This document shows positions 6,928 through 13,347 of a stretch of 26,350 nucleotides of DNA, piece after piece. Under the pieces are notes generated by a model that was not told where the DNA came from, did no database searches, and saw nothing but the letters and a program-made list of their open reading frames with translations. Source of the stretch: a virus. Its lineage: Duplodnaviria; Caudoviricetes. The stretch is from positions 1-26,350 of the IMG/VR virus record IMGVR_UViG_3300027828_000336. One strand, written 5' to 3'. A program made the translations under genes and the position numbers. The stretch's first letter is position 1, and every line of letters starts with the position of its first letter.

Positions 6928-8201
6928 GCCAGACCCCCGAGGTCGACGGAGCCGCTCGCGGCGAGTCGCTCGTTCTCGACCTGGACGAGGCCAGCCTGGA
7001 CCCGCTTGCGGAGCCTCTCGACCTCCTCGATCGTCCGAGCGCAGTCGATCTCGGCGCGAGCTCGACCGCGCCGCTCCGGCGGGAGGTTCGAGGCGAGCTG
7101 AGTCGCGGAGGCTTTCGCCTGGATCAGGTCCGCCTCCGGGTCGCCTTGAGCGGCCGCGGCCGCGGCCGCGTCCTCCGCGTCGAGAGCGGCGCGAGCTCGC
7201 TCCTTCGCGGTGAGAGGCTTCGGGGCTGGAGCTCGACGCGTCCCGCCGCACGGACCGGCCGCGGCGCACGGGAGGACCCCGAAGCACTTCGCGCATTCCG
7301 GCTCCTGACGATCCGCCGACCGGAGCGCGAGAGCGAACAGGACCGGGAACCTGACCCGAGCCGCCTCGACGAGAGCCTGGAGCTCCTCGGAGCGGACCTC
7401 CTCCCCGAGGTCACGGACGAGCGGACCGGCGGGGATTCGGAGGCGGACGCGAGCCGCGAGGTCGAGGAGCTCGTCCGAGGCTCGACGCGGTAGCTGCTCG
7501 GTCGGAGCGCTCCGGGGAGCGGGAAGCTCCGAGGGCTCCGCCGGTCGCTCCGCGACCTGGGTCGCCTCGACCGATTGCGCTGGTTGCGCCCGCGATTGCG
7601 CTGGTTGCGTCGAGGTCGGCCGGGAGGTCGTGTCGAACGTCTGAGGCGGGAGAACCTTCGGCTCCGGCTCCGGGATCTCGCCCGGGACGTAGACCGACCC
7701 CATAGTGACCGAGGGACAGTGAGCGCGGACCCCTTGGCTCATGGCGCGAGCCTGATACATAGCCTTTGGGTGCTTCTTCCAGTTGTCTTTCTGGAGGAGC
7801 TTCGCGAGCTTCGCGTCCTCCTCGTCGAACACGGAGCGACCGATCAGCCGACGAGATCCGTCCGGGTTCTTTTTGTAGAAGTCGAGCGAACACCTCGTCC
7901 GGCTCCAGTCGAAGTCGACGACCTCCCCGGCCGCGTTTTTGATCGGGGTCGTCTCGACTTCGTAGGTCCCCGAGGCCTCGACGAGCGCCGCGAGAACCGT
8001 GTAGTCCAGGACCGTTTGACCCTGGACGAGGTGAACCCCGCGGATCGAGGCGACCGGACCGAGGCCGAGCTCCCGACCGGCGAGGATCTGCATTGTGGCT
8101 TGAGGGACGTTGAGTTTGTAGAGGCGGGAGTCCGCCGCGATCTGGGCTATCGAGAGGGCGGAGCCGATCTCGGAGTTCGGGTCTAGCTTGGAGAGGTTCA
8201 T
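6924..8201 (-). CDS. recT: RecT/Red-beta-like single-strand annealing protein with long C-terminal extension
   Basis: GRELGLGPVASIRGVHLVQG...AKLLQKDNWKKHPKAMYQARAMSQGVRAHCP...YVPGE pattern of phage RecT-like proteins. Confidence 0.8.
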   Translation of the reverse strand: MNLSKLDPNSEIGSALSIAQIAADSRLYKLNVPQATMQILAGRELGLGPVASIRGVHLVQGQTVLDYTVLAALVEASGTYEVETTPIKNAAGEVVDFDWSRTRCSLDFYKKNPDGSRRLIGRSVFDEEDAKLAKLLQKDNWKKHPKAMYQARAMSQGVRAHCPSVTMGSVYVPGEIPEPEPKVLPPQTFDTTSRPTSTQPAQSRAQPAQSVEATQVAERPAEPSELPAPRSAPTEQLPRRASDELLDLAARVRLRIPAGPLVRDLGEEVRSEELQALVEAARVRFPVLFALALRSADRQEPECAKCFGVLPCAAAGPCGGTRRAPAPKPLTAKERARAALDAEDAAAAAAAQGDPEADLIQAKASATQLASNLPPERRGRARAEIDCARTIEEVERLRKRVQAGLVQVENERLAASGSVDLGGLA

Positions 8202-8281
8202 AGGGTCGTCAGCTTTCGGTTCGTCAGGAGCCGCCTAAGCGGCGAAATGGTCAACAGGTGCCCGAGGGCGGAAAAAGAATT

Positions 8282-9175
8282 CTAGGCTCTCTCGCGAGCC
8301 CGGAGGGGTGTTCTCGTGCCCGGGAGCGCGAGAGAGTCAGCGAGGCCCGCGAGGACCTCTGGGGGAATGGACTCCGAGCCGACCGGCTCGGGAGGGGTTG
8401 GCTCGGAGCTCGGACGTCGAGCGAGGAGCTCCTGGAGCTCCAGGACGTCGTCCGCGTCGCAGCGCTCCCGAGCCGCACCGATCAGGAGACCCTCGCCCGA
8501 GGTGATCCCTCGGAGAGGCTTCCGCGATCGGATCCGGTCGACGAACGCGAGCGCGAGCGTCGCCTGGGTCGTCCCCTTCGGGAGAGCCTTCCGATCGAGG
8601 ACCTCGACGAGGGAGTCCGCGAGAGTCTCCCAGCCCGCCGGAGCGTGGTCCCGATCCCAGCTCGGGAGACACCCCCAGAGCTCGTGAACGGAGAGGGTCT
8701 TCTCCTCGATTGAGGAACTCAATCCCTCCCAGAGCTTGGGCTGGTTATTGGCTGGGGGCTGGTTCTCTTGTGCCACTGGTGACACTCCCCCTTGTGCCAC
8801 TGGTGACACTCCCACCGTGCCATTGGTGACAGTGCCAGAATTGGCGCGGAGTGCCACTGGTGACACTCTCAAACCCTTGCGGACGGACCAGGTGGAGACC
8901 CAGCTCGACCCCTTCCGGGTCGTCGTCCGGTCGAGCCAGCCGAGGTCCTCTAACGAGCTCGCGACGCGGTAGAGTTTCCGCCTCGACCAGCCGAGAGCCT
9001 CCGCCAGAGAATCCTTCCCGCGGAACGTGTCCCGACCAGGCCCGAGAGCTCGGACGAGGGCGTAGAGGCGGACCCCGGAGTCCGAGACCCTCCCGTCCGT
9101 GAGGAGCGTCGCGGGAACGTATGCCACGGACCCCGCGAGGAGCTCCTGGAGGCTCTCGTGAGCCTTCCGGCTCAA
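8282..9175 (-). CDS. Phage replication initiator (lambda O-like architecture, N-terminal wHTH)
   Basis: LLTDGRVSDSGVRLYALV...KDSLAEALGWSRRKLYRVASSLEDLGWLDR; central linker carries DNA repeats; TTG start with TTGA overlap. Confidence 0.8.
   Translation of the reverse strand: MSRKAHESLQELLAGSVAYVPATLLTDGRVSDSGVRLYALVRALGPGRDTFRGKDSLAEALGWSRRKLYRVASSLEDLGWLDRTTTRKGSSWVSTWSVRKGLRVSPVALRANSGTVTNGTVGVSPVAQGGVSPVAQENQPPANNQPKLWEGLSSSIEEKTLSVHELWGCLPSWDRDHAPAGWETLADSLVEVLDRKALPKGTTQATLALAFVDRIRSRKPLRGITSGEGLLIGAARERCDADDVLELQELLARRPSSEPTPPEPVGSESIPPEVLAGLADSLALPGTRTPLRARERA
8770..8868. repeat. Four iterons GTGCCACTGGTGACACTC (putative replication origin)
   Basis: Copies at 8770, 8794, 8817 (variant GTGCCATTGGTGACA) and 8851; each an imperfect palindrome; located in the initiator linker. 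Confidence 0.85.
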
Positions 9176-9525
9176 GAGTCGACCTCGGGGTCCGCCGCGG
9201 TGAAATGGAGCGAGAGGAGCCGGAGGATCCGGCGAACCGAGGAGGACCAGCGCTGGTCGAGCTCGCGTCCTCCGCGTTGGAGGTGGCAGACCAGCTCCTC
9301 CGCGAGCCAGAGCGCGGAGTCGAGCTGGTCGTGAGTCGCTTCCGCCCGCTCGCGGAGCGCGCGAGCATTCGAGAGGTCCGCGCGCATTTGCTGGAGCGCT
9401 TCGGGCTTCGCCCGCTTGAATTGCTCGACCTGGTCGAGGGTCTCGCGTCGCGAGTCGTCCGAGGTCCCGCCGAGGAACGCGGCCGCGAACTCGTCGTCCG
9501 TCATGTGGCGATAGGGCTCGCTCAC
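9172..9525 (-). CDS. Hypothetical helical protein (117 aa)
   Basis: 4-nt overlaps at both ends. Confidence 0.75.
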   Translation of the reverse strand: MSEPYRHMTDDEFAAAFLGGTSDDSRRETLDQVEQFKRAKPEALQQMRADLSNARALRERAEATHDQLDSALWLAEELVCHLQRGGRELDQRWSSSVRRILRLLSLHFTAADPEVDS

Positions 9526-9695
9526 GCGACCGCCTTCGCGATCAGAGCGCGAACGTAGCCCGCCCGAGACTCGTCGCCTCGGGCTGAGTCCAGCTCCGCG
9601 AGCTCCTCAGAGGTGAAACGGATCGTGACCCGAGACGTAGCCGCCTCGGTCGAGCGCGGAGGTCGTCCGCTTGTCTTGGTCTTGGTCTTGGTCAT
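9522..9695 (-). CDS. 57-aa ribbon-helix-helix protein absent from the ORF track (MTKTKTKTSGRPPRSTEAATSRVTIRFTSEELAELDSARGDESRAGYVRALIAKAVA)
   Basis: Own translation; VTIRF strand, helix, SRAGYVR helix; AGAAAGG upstream; GTGA overlap downstream. Confidence 0.8.
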   Translation of the reverse strand: MTKTKTKTSGRPPRSTEAATSRVTIRFTSEELAELDSARGDESRAGYVRALIAKAVA

Positions 9696-9723
9696 GGCTA
9701 GGAGCCTTTCTCTGTTGTTGGGC

Positions 9724-9963
9724 CTAGGCCAGGCTCCGATAGTCGGCCGCGAACCGCTCGACGCGACCCCGGAAGGTTCGCCAGGCGCGAGGCGAACGCT
9801 CCTCGATCCGGCGGAGCTCCGCGGCGGTCGCTCGGTTGTATCCCTCCGCGACCGCGACCGCGGTCAGGAACGCGGCGGGACCTTGGGCGTGCTGACCAAG
9901 GATCGTCCCGACGGTCTGGATTGTCTCTTGATAGGTCGTCATAGTCCGGTTTGACTTGCTCAT
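9724..9963 (-). CDS. Hypothetical protein (start at 9963 or 9942)
   Basis: ORF between two small genes; MTTYQ start at 9942 matches the ATGACGA pattern of neighbours. Confidence 0.65.
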   Translation of the reverse strand: MSKSNRTMTTYQETIQTVGTILGQHAQGPAAFLTAVAVAEGYNRATAAELRRIEERSPRAWRTFRGRVERFAADYRSLA

Positions 9964-9965
9964 GG

Positions 9966-10088
9966 TTACCACCCGTAGACCATTTCAATTGCGGCGATCG
10001 TCGCCTTGTGCTTGCTGTATCCGCGGGTGACTACCAGCCGCATGGTTAGCCGCTTGACCTCCGCTCGCATTTCTTCGTTCGTCGTCAT
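9966..10088 (-). CDS. 40-aa protein absent from the ORF track (MTTNEEMRAEVKRLTMRLVVTRGYSKHKATIAAIEMVYGW)
   Basis: Own translation; GGAGG SD upstream; first gene after a promoter-like region. Confidence 0.7.
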   Translation of the reverse strand: MTTNEEMRAEVKRLTMRLVVTRGYSKHKATIAAIEMVYGW

Positions 10089-10110
10089 GGTGTTGCCTCC
10101 GTTGCTTGCC

Positions 10111-10185
10111 ATGCCAGAGTTATGGCATACAGAATCGGAGGCCGCAAGGACATTCCGGCAGCCGGGCGAGAAAGTCGCTAAGTCC
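10111..10185 (-). promoter_or_regulatory. Putative early-operon promoter TTGCGG-17-CATAAC with palindrome ATGCCA-N6-TGGCAT
   Basis: -35 at 10142..10147; palindrome 10111..10128 covers the -10; TCCGGC and CTAAGTCC (10178..10185) remnants of modules 1-3. Confidence 0.6.
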
Positions 10186-10689
10186 TTATGGCAGCCGCTT
10201 CGGAACGAGCGAGACGCCCCTCCCGGCCGCGTTGTAGGTCTTCCAGCGCGGGAGCTCGTGATCGGGGTCGTGACGCTTCGCGTGTCGGAGCTCGTGAACC
10301 GCGGCCCCCATTGGGAACCGGCCGCCGGTCGCGAGGTGAACCTCCGCCCCGTGCATGTTTCCCCAGAGGCAGAGCCCGAGATAGCTGCTCGCGCCCGAGA
10401 GCTCTAGCGGTCGAGTGAGCGACCTCGGGAGCCGCGAGGAGTCCCAGAGGACGACCCGGCGGACGCGCGGAGGAGCTCCGGGGTCGAGGTGGAGGAACGC
10501 TCGCTCCGCGAGGTCGAGGAGCCGGAGGAGCTCGCGACGCTCGGAGCGCTTCGGACTCCAGGAGCCGCCGAACTCGACGACCGCGCGACGCGAGAGCGGG
10601 ACCTCCGGCTCGGTAGCGAGCGGAGGCGGAGCGCAGCCGACGGAGAGGAGGAGAGCGAGTAGGGCCAGGGCGCGGGTCGTGTTCGTCAT
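10186..10689 (-). CDS. Lipoprotein with zincin-type HExxH metallopeptidase motif
   Basis: MTNTTRALALLALLLSVGC signal peptide II/lipobox; AAVHELRHAKRHDPDH near C-terminus. Confidence 0.75.
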   Translation of the reverse strand: MTNTTRALALLALLLSVGCAPPPLATEPEVPLSRRAVVEFGGSWSPKRSERRELLRLLDLAERAFLHLDPGAPPRVRRVVLWDSSRLPRSLTRPLELSGASSYLGLCLWGNMHGAEVHLATGGRFPMGAAVHELRHAKRHDPDHELPRWKTYNAAGRGVSLVPKRLP

Positions 10690-10695
10690 TCCAAA

Positions 10696-10724
10696 AGCAA
10701 ACACAATCCCGGACGAAATGTCAA
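10696..10724 (-). promoter_or_regulatory. Promoter TTGACA-17-TTTGCT, 6 nt before the lipoprotein ATG, with one CCGGACG half-site in the spacer
   Basis: Consensus -35 at 10719..10724; same leaderless geometry as module 1; -10 is a weak match. Confidence 0.6.
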
Positions 10725-11131
10725 TCGCGCTTTGGGTCACCGCGGAGCGCGGCCTCGACCCGATCCAGTCGCGATTCGACCTTGCTCTGCCTCGCGTCTT
10801 GCCGGTCCAGCTCTCGCGTGATTCGCGATTCGAGCTTCGCGTCTTGGGCTTGATCTTGGTTTGACGTCCAGCGGTCAGACTGAGCCCGCTCCGCCTTTTC
10901 GGCCGCCTTTTCCAGAGCCCTCTCGATCGAGACCAGCTTATCCTCGATCCGACCTTGTCGGTCGGCCGTGACCGCGGCCGCGAGCGAGCTCCTCCATATG
11001 AACCCGATTCCGGCGACTCCCATTCCGAGGACCGTCGTCATAGTGAGGGTCATAAACCACTTGGGAACTCCGACGATCTCCGACTGAGGGGTGATCGCTC
11101 TAATCTCGGAGGAGCTGGTCGGCGCTTCCAT
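10721..11131 (-). CDS. Single-pass membrane protein with coiled coil, holin-like by position
   Basis: WFMTLTMTTVLGMGVAGIGFIW helix then IEDKLVSIE/SRLDRVE heptads; at the end of the tail module. Confidence 0.55.
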   Translation of the reverse strand: MEAPTSSSEIRAITPQSEIVGVPKWFMTLTMTTVLGMGVAGIGFIWRSSLAAAVTADRQGRIEDKLVSIERALEKAAEKAERAQSDRWTSNQDQAQDAKLESRITRELDRQDARQSKVESRLDRVEAALRGDPKRD

Positions 11132-11143
11132 AGTGCGAACTTA

Positions 11144-11611
11144 CTACTCGGCCGCGGGAGCCGCGAGCTCCGGCGAGAGAGCGGCCTCCGCGCGAGCGGC
11201 CGCGGCCGCGAGCTCCTCGTCCCAGGCCCGAGCCTCCTCCGCGGTCGGCTCGACGAGGAGCGGCCGGGGTCCCTCGACCTCGTCGTCCTGGTCGTCGTCG
11301 TCGACGGTCGGGGTCCCGGGCTTCGGGGAGTCGTCCCAGACGATCGAGACGCGGTCGGTCTCGTCCGCCTCCAGCTCCCCGGTCGGAGGAATCTCGACCC
11401 CGTGAGCCTTGCCGACCTCGTCGAGGATCCGGTCCCAGGCCGCGGCCGACCTCCGCCGGAGTTTCGCCTCCTCCTCGCGAGTCGCCTCGATCGAGGCCTC
11501 CAGCTCCGCGACCCGAGCGCGGAGCTCCGCGACCTTGTCTCCGGTCAGGAGGTCGATTCGGTTTTGAGCGACGACGAGGAGCGACTCCGTCGCGGTGAGC
11601 TTGAGTTTCAT
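11144..11611 (-). CDS. Acidic coiled-coil hypothetical protein (155 aa)
   Basis: GGAGG SD upstream; coiled coil then Asp/Glu-rich tail. Confidence 0.8.
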   Translation of the reverse strand: MKLKLTATESLLVVAQNRIDLLTGDKVAELRARVAELEASIEATREEEAKLRRRSAAAWDRILDEVGKAHGVEIPPTGELEADETDRVSIVWDDSPKPGTPTVDDDDQDDEVEGPRPLLVEPTAEEARAWDEELAAAAARAEAALSPELAAPAAE

Positions 11612-11656
11612 TGAACCCTCCGAGGATCTCGGAAGGGTAACTCCGCGGACCGTCGA

Positions 11657-12334
11657 TCAGTCGAGGTCGAGCGACGCGAACCGCTCGGTCCCGACCTCGA
11701 CGAGCTCCTCGACCGGCGGGACCTGGTAGTCCTCCAGGTCGAGCTCGCGGACGAGCTCGGGCTCCGCGACCTTCGCGCGACCCGGGAGCGGTCCCCGGTC
11801 GACGGAATACAGGACCCCGCCTCCGTCAGGTCTCCGCGAGATTCGGAGCGCCGCGGGGAACCCCTCGATCCCGAGCTCGTCGAGGATCGCGCGGAGGGTC
11901 GAGCGCTTCTCCCATTGACAACGGGAGCGGATCGCGCGAGCCCAGCGGTCGAGCTCCTCCGCCTCCTCGCGATTCCCGGCCGCGTTCGCTTGACGGACGA
12001 GGATCATGCTCCGCTCCCAGAGGACGTCCTCCGCGGTAACCGAGACGTCGAGGAGACGGAGCTGGACCGGAGTCAGCTCGACGCGCGGGATCTCCTGGAG
12101 CTCGTCGACCTCGATCAGGTCGGGGAGTCCGCTCGCGCAGACTACGCCCCCGAGGGAGTAGCTCCGCTCACAACCAGTGCAGGTCAGGACGTGACCGGCC
12201 CACGCGTGACGGAGGTTCCAGCTCCAGAACCCGGGAGCGGCCTCGTCGACCGTCTCCAGGTCGACCCATTCCCCAGTGCAGTCGCATTGCGCGGAGAACG
12301 AGCTCGCTCCGCGTTGGATCAGTCGGCAGGTCAC
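11657..12334 (-). CDS. Hypothetical protein with Cys motifs (MTCRLIQRGASSFSAQCDC...CTGC...), possible fibre chaperone
   Basis: GTG at 12334 overlaps the stop of 12331..13347; the Arg-rich N-terminus of the track ORF is off-frame shadow. Confidence 0.75.
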   Translation of the reverse strand: MTCRLIQRGASSFSAQCDCTGEWVDLETVDEAAPGFWSWNLRHAWAGHVLTCTGCERSYSLGGVVCASGLPDLIEVDELQEIPRVELTPVQLRLLDVSVTAEDVLWERSMILVRQANAAGNREEAEELDRWARAIRSRCQWEKRSTLRAILDELGIEGFPAALRISRRPDGGGVLYSVDRGPLPGRAKVAEPELVRELDLEDYQVPPVEELVEVGTERFASLDLD

Positions 12335-13347
12335 GGGACGATCGGCAGGTCCAAATAGAACCCGTCCTCCGCGTCCGAGCCAGGAGTCCCGTCCGCTCCG
12401 TCGCCTCCGACCGCGCCTCCGCCGCCAGTAGCTCCGAGGCCGCCCGATCCCTTTAGGCCGCCGTTCCCGCCGGTTACGTCCGTCGTAAGCCCCGAGTCCG
12501 TGACCGAGGCCGACGCGGAACGGAACCGGAGAATCATTCCGCCGGACCCTCCTCCGCCTCCGCCGCCGCCTCCGCCGCCGCCTCCGTTGTAATGGATCAG
12601 GCCGCCATATTTCCCGTTTCCCCCTGCTCCTCCGTCTCCTCCGTCGGCTCCGCTTGCGTCCATAACGGACGAGGCTCCAAGCGTTGTCCCGCCGAGTCCT
12701 TCGAGGACGATCAATCCGCCTGACGGCCCGCCAGCTCCGCCGCCTCCGCCGCCTCCGCCGCCGGAGAGGGTTACCCCGTTCGCTCCCGCGCCTCCGTCGC
12801 CGCCTAGCCCGCCGGTCGTCCCACTTGGCAGGGATTCCACTCCCGCGGCTCCCGCGGCTCCTCCGGTCACCAAGGCCCCAGATTGCCCGCCGCCGCCGCC
12901 TCCGGCCCCAGATTGACCCGCGGCCCCTGGATTGACGAACTGAGCGAATCCGCCGAGGCTCTCCGCCGCGGGCCGAACGTAGTTTCGGAGGAACGAGTCG
13001 GACCGGTCGGACGGACTCGTCCCGGTCGTGCCAGCGTTCCCGGAGGTAGATCCACCGACCGCGGCCCCTCCGCTGCCTCCTGTCGAGGGGGTTGCGATCG
13101 AACGAACTCCCCACGCGAACGCGGACCCAGACCCAGAGAGGCCAGCCGGTCCGTCTCCTCCGCCGGAGGAGTAACCGGACCCGCCGGAGCCGGACCCGCC
13201 GCCCCCTCCGCCCCCTCCGGCTCCGGGAGCCGTGACCGCGAGGGCTCCCGAGTCCCTCTGGGTTCCGGGGTCTCCGTCCAGCGTTAGGTCCGTCGAGGCC
13301 CCTCCGGCGTCGGAGCTTCCGCCGACTCCGCCAGCTCCGCCCGGCAT
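12331..13347 (-). CDS. Glycine-rich tail fibre-like protein (possibly the C-terminal part of 13347..16328)
   Basis: Poly-Gly tracts, GGSGGLIVL / GGSGGMILR motifs typical of phage Gly-rich domains. Confidence 0.7.
   Translation of the reverse strand: MPGGAGGVGGSSDAGGASTDLTLDGDPGTQRDSGALAVTAPGAGGGGGGGGSGSGGSGYSSGGGDGPAGLSGSGSAFAWGVRSIATPSTGGSGGAAVGGSTSGNAGTTGTSPSDRSDSFLRNYVRPAAESLGGFAQFVNPGAAGQSGAGGGGGGQSGALVTGGAAGAAGVESLPSGTTGGLGGDGGAGANGVTLSGGGGGGGGGAGGPSGGLIVLEGLGGTTLGASSVMDASGADGGDGGAGGNGKYGGLIHYNGGGGGGGGGGGGGSGGMILRFRSASASVTDSGLTTDVTGGNGGLKGSGGLGATGGGGAVGGDGADGTPGSDAEDGFYLDLPIVP

Noticed and set aside
8202-8281. Promoter or terminator before the recT-like gene (TTGACC, GCCGC-TTAG-GCGGC hairpin, CTGACGA direct repeat)
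   Set aside because: No acceptable -10 at 16-18 bp and no U-tract; suggestive only
8770-8868. Repeats as a mini-CRISPR array
   Set aside because: Repeats of 15-18 bp with gaps under 20 bp, inside a coding region, no cas genes; better explained as iterons
12331-13347. Mycobacterial PE-PGRS or collagen-like protein
   Set aside because: No PE domain and no sustained Gly-X-Y periodicity; context is a phage tail module
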